Assembly (NCBI GenBank): GCA_002084355.1
Contig: NBLL01000001.1
Span: forward strand, 1-50,581
Source of the DNA: Bacteroidetes bacterium 4572_128
Lineage (GTDB): Bacteria; Bacteroidota; Bacteroidia; Bacteroidales; 4572-128
Direction: 5' to 3'
DNA: 50,581 nucleotides
Positions 9,526-20,251 of the stretch are shown here, in pieces; the first letter of the stretch is position 1, and every line of letters starts with the position of its first letter. The notes below the pieces were generated by a model. The model searched no databases and was not told the origin of the DNA. It saw only the letters and a program-made list of their open reading frames with translations. A program made the translations under genes and the position numbers.

Positions 9526-10122
9526 ATGAAAACAAGAGTTTTTAATTATTTGTTTATTATTTTTATATTTTCTTTTTTTCTTTCTTGTGCACCAAAAAGA
9601 AAAGTTAATAGAGTTTCTCCAGACCAGCAAATAGATCTTAGTGGACGATGGAATGACACAGATTCTAAAATGTGTGCAAAATCATTAATTGAGCAAGTTC
9701 TGACGGAAAAATGGTTAGATGAATTTAAACAAAAAAACGGAGGTAAAAGACCAATAATTGTTGTTGGACTTGTAAAAAATAAAAGCCACGAACATATTAG
9801 TTCGGAAACTTTTATAAAAGATATAGAAAAAGCAATTATAAAATCTGGATTAGCAAGACTTGTACAAGCAGGAGATAAAAGAGAACAACTAAGAGGTGAA
9901 AGAGCTGGACAACAAGAATTTGCTTCGAAAACCACAGCGAAAAAATGGGGACAAGAACTTGGAGCAGATTTTATGTTACAAGGAACTTTAAACTCAATAG
10001 TTGATAGTTATAAAAAGGAAAAGGTCGTTTCTTACCAAATTGATCTGGAACTTTCTAATTTAGAAACTAACGAAATAGTTTGGATGGGAGATAAAAAAAT
10101 TAAAAAATACATCACAAATTAA
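9526..10122 (+). CDS. LpoB-like (penicillin-binding protein activator family) lipoprotein
   Basis: Lipobox (FFLSC). The body matches the LpoB/YcfM pattern as I remember it (PIIVVGLVKNKS...GADFMLQGTL...VSYQIDLELSNLETNEIVW). Confidence 0.55.
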   Translation: MKTRVFNYLFIIFIFSFFLSCAPKRKVNRVSPDQQIDLSGRWNDTDSKMCAKSLIEQVLTEKWLDEFKQKNGGKRPIIVVGLVKNKSHEHISSETFIKDIEKAIIKSGLARLVQAGDKREQLRGERAGQQEFASKTTAKKWGQELGADFMLQGTLNSIVDSYKKEKVVSYQIDLELSNLETNEIVWMGDKKIKKYITN

Positions 10123-10127
10123 AAAAT

Positions 10128-10212
10128 AATGAGAAATGTGAATGAAAAAAACAAATATGAAAATTAGTTTACAGTTATATGAATTATTCATTTTTCATTC
10201 ACATTTCTCATT
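10128..10212. repeat. 85-bp MITE-like element or long hairpin with 22-bp perfect terminal inverted repeats
   Basis: AATGAGAAATGTGAATGAAAAA (10128-10149) is the exact reverse complement of 10191-10212. The spacer is 41 nt and holds a second small palindrome, ATGAAT-T-ATTCAT. AAAAAT flanks both sides (10122-10127 and 10213-10218). Confidence 0.7.
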
Positions 10213-12103
10213 AAAAATTTTTCATTTTTTTATCTTTTGTTTTTTGTTTTTTTTTTGTAAAAAATCTTTTTCGCAGGAAAACATTAATGACACTTTGATT
10301 TTAGAAGAATTTATTTTTCTTGATAAAAAAGTTTCTGATAAAATAGGTTTTAAAATTACAAAATTCGAAAAAATAATTATAAATGATAAAATTACTGAAA
10401 ACTTATCTGAATTACTTTCGGAAAATTCTAATATTTTTATAAAATCTTACGGAAATGGTCGCATATCAACTGCATCTTTTCGTGGTGCCGGAGCGTCGCA
10501 CACTAAGGTTTTGTGGAACGGAATAAATATAAATTCTGTCATGCTTGGACAGGTAAATTTTTCGCAAATTCCAAATTATTTTATAGATGAAATAAGTTTA
10601 TATCACAGCGGAAGTATTTTTAATAATAGCGGTTCTTTGGGAGGAAGTATTTTTTTAGAAAATAAAATAAATTGGAATAATGATTTTAATTTTGATTTCT
10701 CGCAGGAATTTGCAAGTTTTCAAACTTATAATTCTTTTTTATCTTTTTCTTATGGGAATAAGAAATTTCAAAGTCGGACAAGAATAATTTATGAAATATC
10801 AGAAAATAATTTTTCTTTCGATGATGATTTTGGAGAACAAAAAATACAAGAAAATAATAATTTTTTTCAAAAAGGAATTTTACAAGAATTTTATTTGAAA
10901 AATAATAATAATTATTTTTCCTTGAAATTTTGGGCACAAAATAATAAAACTCAAATTCCGCCGTCAGAAAAAGAGATTCAAAAACAAGATATTTTACGTT
11001 TTATTTTTGAATGGAAAAATTATATGAAAAAATTAATTTTTAAAACAAAAGTCGCTTACACTTACGATTTTATGAATTATAAAAATGAAAATAATATTAT
11101 AAAACCAATAAATTCGAATAATTTAATTAACAGCTTTTATAATTTTTTTGATATAAATTATAATTTTAATAAAAATTTAAAATTAAAAACTGGAATAAAT
11201 TTATTTTATCATCAAGTTGAAACAGGAAATTATAAATCAACAAAAGAAAGAGTTAATATATCTTCTTTTTTAGGAATTAATTATTTATTTTTCAAAAAAT
11301 TACAAACATCTTTTTTTATAAAAAAAGAAATAATTGATAAAAATTTTTCTCCTTTAATACCGTCTATGAGTTTTAATTATAAAATTTTTGAAAATAAAAA
11401 ATTTGAAATGGATTTTAAATGCAATTTTACGAGAAATTATAATTATCCAACTTTAAATGATTTATATTGGTTTCCAAATGGAAATGCAAATTTAAAAGCA
11501 GAAAATGGTTTTTCTTATGAAAATGGCATATTTCTGAAAAAAAATTTTTTCAAAAATATGAGCGTTTTTTTGGAAACAACTTATTTTTATTCTAAAATAA
11601 ATGATTGGATTTTATGGAATGCTTTAAATTCTGAAATTTGGACACCGGAAAATTTAAAAAAAGTTGAACGAAAAGGAATAGAAAATTCTTTGAAAATTGA
11701 TTTTAAAATTAAAAATTTAAATATTTTCTTTAAACATACAAATTCTTATGTTAATTCAAAAAATTTAAAAAAATTTAATGATTTTGATAACTCTTTGAAT
11801 AAACAATTAATTTATGTTCCAAAATTTATTTTTAATAATTTTGTCCATTTTTCATATAAAAATAATTACATATCTTATTCTAATCAATTTTCTGATTTAA
11901 TTTACACAAGCTCAGACAATGAAAATTTTTTACCATCTTATTTTATTTCTAATTTAAAAATTGGAAAAAAATTTATTTTTAAAAATAAATTTTTATTTAT
12001 CAATTTTAAGATTAAAAATTTATTTAATAAAAATTATCAAGTTGTAGAAAATTATCCTATGCAAAAAAGAAATTTTCATTTTATTTTACAAATAAATTTT
12101 TAA
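10142..12103 (+). CDS. TonB-dependent outer-membrane receptor
   Basis: Plug-domain motif (ISTASFRGAGASHTKVLWNGININS), a long beta-barrel-like body rich in Y/N/F, and a terminal aromatic residue (...ILQINF). Both candidate ATG starts (10142, 10157) lie inside the inverted-repeat element. Confidence 0.8.
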   Translation: MKKTNMKISLQLYELFIFHSHFSLKIFHFFIFCFLFFFCKKSFSQENINDTLILEEFIFLDKKVSDKIGFKITKFEKIIINDKITENLSELLSENSNIFIKSYGNGRISTASFRGAGASHTKVLWNGININSVMLGQVNFSQIPNYFIDEISLYHSGSIFNNSGSLGGSIFLENKINWNNDFNFDFSQEFASFQTYNSFLSFSYGNKKFQSRTRIIYEISENNFSFDDDFGEQKIQENNNFFQKGILQEFYLKNNNNYFSLKFWAQNNKTQIPPSEKEIQKQDILRFIFEWKNYMKKLIFKTKVAYTYDFMNYKNENNIIKPINSNNLINSFYNFFDINYNFNKNLKLKTGINLFYHQVETGNYKSTKERVNISSFLGINYLFFKKLQTSFFIKKEIIDKNFSPLIPSMSFNYKIFENKKFEMDFKCNFTRNYNYPTLNDLYWFPNGNANLKAENGFSYENGIFLKKNFFKNMSVFLETTYFYSKINDWILWNALNSEIWTPENLKKVERKGIENSLKIDFKIKNLNIFFKHTNSYVNSKNLKKFNDFDNSLNKQLIYVPKFIFNNFVHFSYKNNYISYSNQFSDLIYTSSDNENFLPSYFISNLKIGKKFIFKNKFLFINFKIKNLFNKNYQVVENYPMQKRNFHFILQINF

Positions 12104-12188
12104 AATTTTAAAAATTATTTTTGAAAAAATTTCGTTTAAGAGGAAATATTTTTTATTTAAATAAATATTTTTTTTAAATTATTATACT

Positions 12189-13943
12189 ATGAAAATAAAA
12201 ATTTTGTTTATAAATTTCTTTTTCGCTTTTATTTTTTCCTATGGACAAAATGATAATCCAATTATGGTTATTAATACACAAGGACATACTGGAATGATAC
12301 GAAATTTGAGTTTTACTCCGGATGGAAGCAGTTTAATTTCTATTAGCGAAGATAAAACTATACGTTTTTGGAATATGCAAACAGGATTTTTAGAAAGAAC
12401 TCTCAGAGGACAACTTGGAGACGGAGTTGATGGTATGCTTTATTCAAGTGCTATTTCCAATGATGGTTTATATTTTGCCATTTCTGGCTATCCTTCAACT
12501 TACGGCATTAGAACATTTAATTTAAGAACAGGCGAACAAACGAAAACTTTAAAAGGAAATACAGATGTAATTAATGATTTATGTTTTTCTCCTAATGGTA
12601 GTTTTTTAGCAAGTGCTTGCTCTGATAATATAGTTAGAATTTGGCGTTTAGATGAAGAAGGTTTATTGAAAGAAAAAAGTGATATTGTTTTACAAGGTCA
12701 TTATGCTCCGGTTTATAGTGTTGCTTTTTCTCCGGATAATAAAAAATTAGTATCTGCTTCTTTTGATAATACTTTGAGGTTGTGGGAATTAGATGAAAAT
12801 GACAATTTTATTTTAATAGCAATTATGGTTGAACATTTTGCAGAAGCAAGAAAAGTAATTTTTTCTCCGGATGGAAAATATATTTTTTCAGGTGGTTTTG
12901 ATGGTAGGGTTCTTATGTGGGATAATGAAGGTAATTTTATCAAAGAAATTACTGCTATGGGAATTAGAGTTCAAACTCTTTCTGTTTCACCTGATGCAAC
13001 AAAATTACTTGTTCATGGTTCACAAGGAATGCTTGGAAGCATTTTTGAAATACCGTCTGGAGATTTAGTTTCTACTTTTAAAAAACATAATAACACAGTT
13101 TTAACTTCTATTTTTTATAATAATGACATAGCTATTACAGCCGGAGGAAATGATAAAGACATCTATATTTGGAATATTCATAATGGAAATGTTTTAAAAC
13201 ATATTAAAGGAAAAGGTAAAAGTGTTTGGTCAGTTGCTTTTTCCAAAAAAGGCTTAAAATTAGCTTTTGGAAATTCTAATCCTACAGGTTTTTTAAAAGA
13301 TTGTCCATTGGAGCGCTCCTTTGATTTAAAAAAATTTAAAATAAGGGATAAAAAATTAAAAACAAAAAATTTCACTTTGACAAAAACAATGATAGGTGGA
13401 AAAGTCATAAAACACACAGATGCATACACCATAAAAAACACAGAAAAAGAAATTATTTTTAATGATAGAGAAAAAGATGGTTTAATTCGTTCTTATACTC
13501 TTTCTAAGGATGGAAATATTATTGTTGGAAGTAGTTTTTCTCTAAAAAAATATAATTATAATGGTGATTTATTAAAAGAATTCAAAGGTCATACAGGTAT
13601 TATTTGGTCTGTTTCTCTATCTAAAAATAATAAAATTTTAGCTTCGTCAAGTGCTGACCAGACAATAAAATTATGGAACTACAAAACAGGAGAGAATCTT
13701 GCTACGTTCTTTTTTTCGTCAAAAAATGAATGGATATGTTTAACTCCACAGGGATATTATTACACTTCAGAAAAAGGCGAAAAATTTATTGGTTGGCATG
13801 TTAATCGCGGAGTAGATCATCTTGCAGAGTTTTTTCCAATAGAAGATTTTAAAAATATTTATTATAAACCAGATTTAGTAAAAAAAATAATATTATCTGG
13901 TTCTTTTAAAAAAGCAGTTCGTTCATTTAGCAATGAATTTTAA
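12189..13943 (+). CDS. secreted WD40-repeat protein
   Basis: Signal-peptide-like N-terminus, then repeated WD units (TIRFWN, VRIWRL, LRLWEL, VLMWD, IYIWNI, IKLWNY). Confidence 0.85.
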   Translation: MKIKILFINFFFAFIFSYGQNDNPIMVINTQGHTGMIRNLSFTPDGSSLISISEDKTIRFWNMQTGFLERTLRGQLGDGVDGMLYSSAISNDGLYFAISGYPSTYGIRTFNLRTGEQTKTLKGNTDVINDLCFSPNGSFLASACSDNIVRIWRLDEEGLLKEKSDIVLQGHYAPVYSVAFSPDNKKLVSASFDNTLRLWELDENDNFILIAIMVEHFAEARKVIFSPDGKYIFSGGFDGRVLMWDNEGNFIKEITAMGIRVQTLSVSPDATKLLVHGSQGMLGSIFEIPSGDLVSTFKKHNNTVLTSIFYNNDIAITAGGNDKDIYIWNIHNGNVLKHIKGKGKSVWSVAFSKKGLKLAFGNSNPTGFLKDCPLERSFDLKKFKIRDKKLKTKNFTLTKTMIGGKVIKHTDAYTIKNTEKEIIFNDREKDGLIRSYTLSKDGNIIVGSSFSLKKYNYNGDLLKEFKGHTGIIWSVSLSKNNKILASSSADQTIKLWNYKTGENLATFFFSSKNEWICLTPQGYYYTSEKGEKFIGWHVNRGVDHLAEFFPIEDFKNIYYKPDLVKKIILSGSFKKAVRSFSNEF

Positions 13944-14590
13944 ATTTAAAAAAAAAAAATTTTTTTTAAAAATGACCAAATTTTTAATTTTTAAAAAATG
14001 CCATTTTTTTTAATTTAAAAAAAAATCAAGATATAGAAACCTAATTTTTATTTTTTTCTTAATTTTTTTCTTCAATTTTTTTTTTTTAATAATTAAAAAA
14101 ACATAAAATTTTAACATTTTTTCTTCAAATTTTTTTTTAATAATTCAAAATCATAAAAATTTTAGTATTTTTTCAAAAAATTTTTTTTTTTAATAATTAA
14201 AAGCATAAAAATTTCGGCATTTTTTAAAAAATTTTTTTTTAATAATCATAAAAATTTCGGCGTTTTTTTGAAAAAACTTTTTTTATTATTATAAAAAAAT
14301 CATTAAAATAATTGGTTTTTTTGAAAAATTTTTTTTTAATAATTCAAAATCATAAAAATTTCGGCGTTTTCTTGAAAAAATTTTTTTTAACATTGTAGGT
14401 TAAAAAAAACCTCCAATGTTGTTTTTTTTAAAATATTAAAATTTTGGACGTTTTTTGAAAAAAATTTTTTTTATTGAAAATTAAAATATTTGAAATTTTG
14501 GACGTTTTTTGGAAAATTTTTTTTAAATTGAAAATTAAAATATTTAAAATTTTGGACGATTTTTGAAAAAAAATTTTTTTTTAATAAATT
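13944..14590. repeat. A/T-block repeat family, mixed-orientation array (A2)
   Basis: Forward units lie at 13944-14020 (cores TGACCAAA, TGCCATT). Reverse-oriented units run from about 14040 (CATAAAAATTTCGGCG..., TAAAATTTTGGACG...TTGAAAAAAA). Confidence 0.8.
14389..14420. repeat. AACATTGGAGGTT palindromic element, degenerate copy
   Basis: AACATTGTAGGTT, an A run, then AACCTCCAATGTT. One arm mismatch relative to the copies at 22.4 kb and 43.9 kb. Confidence 0.75.
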
Positions 14591-14593
14591 TTT

Positions 14594-14637
14594 AAATTTT
14601 TAAGAAATAAAAATTTATTTTTATTTCTTAAAAATTT
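14594..14637 (-). terminator. hairpin immediately downstream of the metallophosphoesterase gene
   Basis: 20-bp perfect stem AAATTTTTAAGAAATAAAAA / TTTTTATTTCTTAAAAATTT with loop TTTA, 7 nt past the stop codon. The stem is almost A/T-only and there is no clear T tract, so this is weak. Confidence 0.35.
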
Positions 14638-14644
14638 AAGAAAT

Positions 14645-15793
14645 TTAATTATTTGTGATTTTTATATTTACAATTTCTGAACGACTTCCAACACGAATTG
14701 GCATAACTGCAGTTCCAAATCCAGAAGAAATATAAAAATTTGTATTTTTCTTTTTCAAATGTCCCCAGTCTTCTTCAAAAAGTAAACCCGTTATATAATT
14801 AAAAGGAAAAATTTGTCCATTGTGTGTATGTCCGGAAAATTGTAAATCTACATCATATTTTGCTGTTTCTTCCAATTTATATGGTTGATGGTCTAATAAA
14901 AATACAGGAAATTTAAAATCTACATCTTTTGTTAATTCTTTCAAGCTTTTTCTTTTTTTATCAAAAGTTTTTTCCAATTGAATGTCGTCTCGTCCAATAA
15001 TATAAAATTTATCATCTACTTTTACAGTGGTATCTCGCAACATATTAATTCCTTTTTCTTTAAAAAAATCTAAATCTTCATAAGCTTTACTAATATATTC
15101 GTGATTTCCGAGACAAGAATAAACACCATATTTTGGTTTTAATTCTTTAAAATTATCCAATAATTTAAAATATTTTACAACTTTCAAATTATCGTCTATT
15201 AAATCGCCGCCCAAAATAATTAAATCTGGATTTTGCTCTTTTATAAGACTTATCAACAATTTTGTTTTAAGTTCATTTACCATTGTCCCCAGATGAATAT
15301 CACTCACCGCAACAACATTTAAAGTATTAAAACCAAGTTGTTTTTTATTTATTGAAATTTCAATGTTTTTAACTTTTGGAATTATCGCATTATAATAACC
15401 AATAACATTTATTGCAGAAATAAGAATTATAGAAATTAAACCAATTAAAGATTTTGCTTTTTGATAATCTTCTGTAATAAATTTAGGATAATAAGGAATA
15501 ATATAATTTATTAGACGAAGTAAATCGAAAAAAGCTACAAAAAGAAGTGCATAAAAGAAAAAACCTGAACTTATCGCTCCTATTCTTACAAAAGAATTGC
15601 TAATAAAACCTATGGAATAATTTTCAATTGATTTGCCAAGAAAAAAAGATGCAAGTAAAATTATATAAAATATCAAAAATAATTTTGAATTTAGAAAATC
15701 ACTTTGAAAAGCTTGTGTTATTCTTGTATAAATATAATATCCGGATAAACCGAATATCATCAAAAAAACTAAAATCGCAATTATCATTTTCAT
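14645..15793 (-). CDS. membrane-anchored metallophosphoesterase
   Basis: N-terminal TM helices, then calcineurin-like motifs (VAVSDIHLG, GGDLID, GNHE, GHTHNGQ). Confidence 0.8.
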   Translation of the reverse strand: MKMIIAILVFLMIFGLSGYYIYTRITQAFQSDFLNSKLFLIFYIILLASFFLGKSIENYSIGFISNSFVRIGAISSGFFFYALLFVAFFDLLRLINYIIPYYPKFITEDYQKAKSLIGLISIILISAINVIGYYNAIIPKVKNIEISINKKQLGFNTLNVVAVSDIHLGTMVNELKTKLLISLIKEQNPDLIILGGDLIDDNLKVVKYFKLLDNFKELKPKYGVYSCLGNHEYISKAYEDLDFFKEKGINMLRDTTVKVDDKFYIIGRDDIQLEKTFDKKRKSLKELTKDVDFKFPVFLLDHQPYKLEETAKYDVDLQFSGHTHNGQIFPFNYITGLLFEEDWGHLKKKNTNFYISSGFGTAVMPIRVGSRSEIVNIKITNN

Positions 15794-15802
15794 AAAAATT
15801 TA

Positions 15803-16345
15803 TTATTTTATTTCAACTTCGCAAGAATCTCCCATACAATTAGGCTTTTCTTCTGGTTCTTTTAATAATTTTATTTTGATAAAAAAATGATATAATTTGC
15901 AACCTACACAAATTCCAAATGCTGTTTCAAAATATAATAAAACAAGGCAAATTAAACACAAAAAACAAACTGCTTGAAAATATGATGAATCATTTATTAA
16001 AAATAAAGATAAAATAAATATCGTAATAGATAAGATTAAACCTAAAGACCAAGCAAATTTCTTCTGCACAGCACCGATTGGAAGCGGCGATTGTTTATTA
16101 ACAAATAAATAAGCAAGCAATAATGTTGGCGAATATTTAGGATTTATAAATATTCCGATGATAAAATTTATTGCAAGAAAACCAGCAATGTAAGGAATGA
16201 TTTCAAATTCATCCAAAATAAAACCATTAATAGATGCGATTGTACCCATTAAAAACATTATGCCTGCACTTGCACGCATACTTCTTTCATCAAGGACTTT
16301 ATAATTGTGTCCGTCAATGTATTCTCCAAAACTTATTATAGACAT
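15803..16345 (-). CDS. small integral membrane protein, DUF4395-like
   Basis: 180 aa with four hydrophobic segments. The N-terminal ...NYKVLDERSMRASAGIMFL and the C-terminal CVGCKLY resemble DUF4395 as I remember it. Confidence 0.45.
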   Translation of the reverse strand: MSIISFGEYIDGHNYKVLDERSMRASAGIMFLMGTIASINGFILDEFEIIPYIAGFLAINFIIGIFINPKYSPTLLLAYLFVNKQSPLPIGAVQKKFAWSLGLILSITIFILSLFLINDSSYFQAVCFLCLICLVLLYFETAFGICVGCKLYHFFIKIKLLKEPEEKPNCMGDSCEVEIK

Positions 16346-16365
16346 ATTTTTTTTTTATAAAAATA

Positions 16366-16373
16366 CAAATTTA
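16366..16373 (-). promoter_or_regulatory. -7 promoter box (TAAATTTG on the minus strand)
   Basis: Plus strand reads CAAATTTA, which is TAnnTTTG on the minus strand. It lies 20 nt upstream of the start codon at 16345. Confidence 0.4.
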
Positions 16374-16414
16374 AAATAATTTTTATTATTTAATAATTTT
16401 TTATTAAAAAAAAA

Positions 16415-16422
16415 TATTTTTG
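16415..16422 (+). promoter_or_regulatory. -7 promoter box (TATTTTTG)
   Basis: Exact TAnnTTTG, followed by TAAAAATT, 23 nt upstream of the ATG at 16446. The same TTTTGTAAAAATT context occurs upstream of atpD and dnaN. Confidence 0.45.
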
Positions 16423-16445
16423 TAAAAATTTAAATTTTTTTTTAA

Positions 16446-18383
16446 ATGTTAAAAAAAGAAATCGTAATTAAATTTACTAAATCGAAAGATATTGAAAAAG
16501 ACGAAGAAAAATCAATAAAGTCTTGGTTTGATGAATTCGCGGAATCAAAAAATGTAAAAATTTCTTGGACTTCAAAAAATATAAAAATAATAGATTTTTA
16601 TATTTTTAGATTTGAATCTATAATTTCAAACACAAATATTGAATTGTTGAAAAACTTAGAGAAGACAAAAAATAATAATGTTATTGTTTGTTTTAATTCC
16701 AGTTTATCAACAGAAATTAAAAATTATAATAATTTTAAAAAAAAGTTCCAATTAAAAAAAATGATAGAAAATTCAAGATATTTTAATTTAATAAAAATTA
16801 AATATTTTGAAGATAATTTAAAAATTGAATTTTTAAAATTTTTTGAAGATTTTTTAATAAAAAATGAATTAGATGAGCTATTAAAAATTCTCGTAAAAAA
16901 TAAAAATTTAAAAAATGATGGAGATTTTTTATTTAAAATTGGAGAACTTTATTATGAATTAAATATTCATAAAAAAGCTTTTGATTTTTTCAAAAAATCT
17001 ATGAATTTTTTAGAAGAAAATTCAAAAAATAAATTTTTTATTTATCAAAACTTATCTGATATTTATAAAGAAAAATCTGATTTAAAGAATGCTTTGAAAT
17101 ATGGAAAATTATCTAATAATTTTCTTTTAAATAATTCTAAAATGAATAATTCTGAAATAATTTATTGTTATAATAATTTGGGAGATATTTATTTAATGAA
17201 TAAAAAATATTTAAAAGCAATTTTATTTTTTGAAAAATCTATAAAAATTTTAGAAAAAGAAAAATTACAAACAGAACTTTATTTTATTTACGATAAAATA
17301 GTTTCTTGTTATTACAAATTAGACGATTTACAAAATCAATATAAATATTTAAAAAAAGCCTTAGATTTTCAAATAAAATTTTCTAAAAACAAAATAAATT
17401 CAAAAATTGCTTTTTTTTATGACAGGTGTGGAAATTTAGCTTCACAACTTAAAGAAGATAAAAATGCTTTAAATTATTATCTTAAAAATTTGGAGATTAT
17501 GGAAAAAATTTTACATCCGAATCATTCCGCTTTATCCAGTTTTTATAATAAAGTAAAAAATGCTTATTTTTCTTTGAAAAAATTTGATAAAGCTTTAAAA
17601 TATTCTTTGCGAGAATTAGGTTATGATATAAAAAATTTATCAGAAAAACATCCAGCATTAGCAAGTTCTTATAATGATGTCGGCGAACATTATTTTTATT
17701 TAAAAGATTATAAAAATGCCTTAGAAAATTATTTAAAAGCATTAGAAATTATTGGAAAACCAGACTCAAGAGAATTAAGTTTTTATTATGTAGATGTGAT
17801 AAAAACTTATGAAAAATTAAAAGATTTTGAAAATGTTTTAAAATATGAGTTAGAATTTTTATCTGAAATACCTTTTCTCGAAAGAGAAAATGATATGGAA
17901 TTATCTTTATTATGCAATTCCATTGCAAAAAAATTTTCTCATAAAAAAGATTTTGAATTAGCAATAAAATATAATTTGAAATCTATAAAATCAATAAAAA
18001 ATAGTCCTGAAATTGATAAAAATGTTTTGGCTTTTTATTATAAAAGTCTTAGCGAAAATTATATGGAAATAAAGAATTATGATAGAGCTTTAAAATATGT
18101 TTTAATAGCTTTAAAATTTCTAAAAAAATATAATTCTAATGAATATAAAACGATGGTAGAATTTCATAATGCAATTAGTTTTAATTATTTTAGAATTGGT
18201 GAGAGTAAAAATTCTTTATTTCATTTGAAAGAAAGTTTAAAAATTGCTAAAAAAGTTTATGATAAAAATGATTATAGTATTTTTTCCATTTATGGTTATT
18301 TAAAAGTAGTTTATGAAAAAATTGGAGATTTAAAAAATTCCAAAATAGTTCAGAAAATTATTGACGATATTAAGAAAAAATAA
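16446..18383 (+). CDS. TPR-repeat protein (kinesin-light-chain-type TPRs)
   Basis: 645 aa with more than 10 repeats of the pattern ...YNNLGDIYLMNKKYLKAILFFEKSIKI.... Confidence 0.8.
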   Translation: MLKKEIVIKFTKSKDIEKDEEKSIKSWFDEFAESKNVKISWTSKNIKIIDFYIFRFESIISNTNIELLKNLEKTKNNNVIVCFNSSLSTEIKNYNNFKKKFQLKKMIENSRYFNLIKIKYFEDNLKIEFLKFFEDFLIKNELDELLKILVKNKNLKNDGDFLFKIGELYYELNIHKKAFDFFKKSMNFLEENSKNKFFIYQNLSDIYKEKSDLKNALKYGKLSNNFLLNNSKMNNSEIIYCYNNLGDIYLMNKKYLKAILFFEKSIKILEKEKLQTELYFIYDKIVSCYYKLDDLQNQYKYLKKALDFQIKFSKNKINSKIAFFYDRCGNLASQLKEDKNALNYYLKNLEIMEKILHPNHSALSSFYNKVKNAYFSLKKFDKALKYSLRELGYDIKNLSEKHPALASSYNDVGEHYFYLKDYKNALENYLKALEIIGKPDSRELSFYYVDVIKTYEKLKDFENVLKYELEFLSEIPFLERENDMELSLLCNSIAKKFSHKKDFELAIKYNLKSIKSIKNSPEIDKNVLAFYYKSLSENYMEIKNYDRALKYVLIALKFLKKYNSNEYKTMVEFHNAISFNYFRIGESKNSLFHLKESLKIAKKVYDKNDYSIFSIYGYLKVVYEKIGDLKNSKIVQKIIDDIKKK

Positions 18384-18403
18384 ATTTAAAATAAAAAAAA
18401 TAA

Positions 18404-18411
18404 TATTTTTG
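18404..18411 (+). promoter_or_regulatory. -7 promoter box (TATTTTTG) for atpDC
   Basis: Exact TAnnTTTG, 23 nt upstream of the atpD ATG. Confidence 0.45.
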
Positions 18412-18431
18412 TAAAAATTAAAAGAAATTAA

Positions 18432-19946
<1,515 letters not shown>

Positions 19947-19962
19947 AAAAATTTATAAAATT

Positions 19963-20205
19963 ATGTTTTTAGAGATAATTACTCCGGATAAAAAGATCTT
20001 TGAAGGAGAAATAAAATTAATACAAATGACTGGAATTGATGGTTCTTTTGAGATTTTGAAAAACCACGCTCCTATAGTTTCAATTTTGGAAAAGGGCAAT
20101 ATAAAAATTTTAGACGAAAATGATAAAAAATTTTTTTTTGAAATTGATGGCGGCGCAATAGAAGCAAAAAATAATAAAATTATTGTGCTTGCTGATAATT
20201 TTTAA
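19963..20205 (+). CDS. atpC: F0F1 ATP synthase subunit epsilon (short form)
   Basis: 80 aa immediately after atpD, with the N-terminal beta-sandwich pattern (LEIITPDKKIFEGEIKLIQMTGIDGSFEILKNHAPIVSIL). Confidence 0.8.
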   Translation: MFLEIITPDKKIFEGEIKLIQMTGIDGSFEILKNHAPIVSILEKGNIKILDENDKKFFFEIDGGAIEAKNNKIIVLADNF

Positions 20206-20207
20206 AT

Positions 20208-20251
20208 AAAAAGAATAATGGAATATTTAAATATTTCATTATTCTTTTTTT
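20208..20251 (+). terminator. rho-independent terminator after atpC
   Basis: AAAAAGAATAATGGAATATTT / AAATATTTCATTATTCTTTTT forms a 21-bp stem with one G-U position. It ends in a T run, 3 nt after the stop. Confidence 0.6.
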
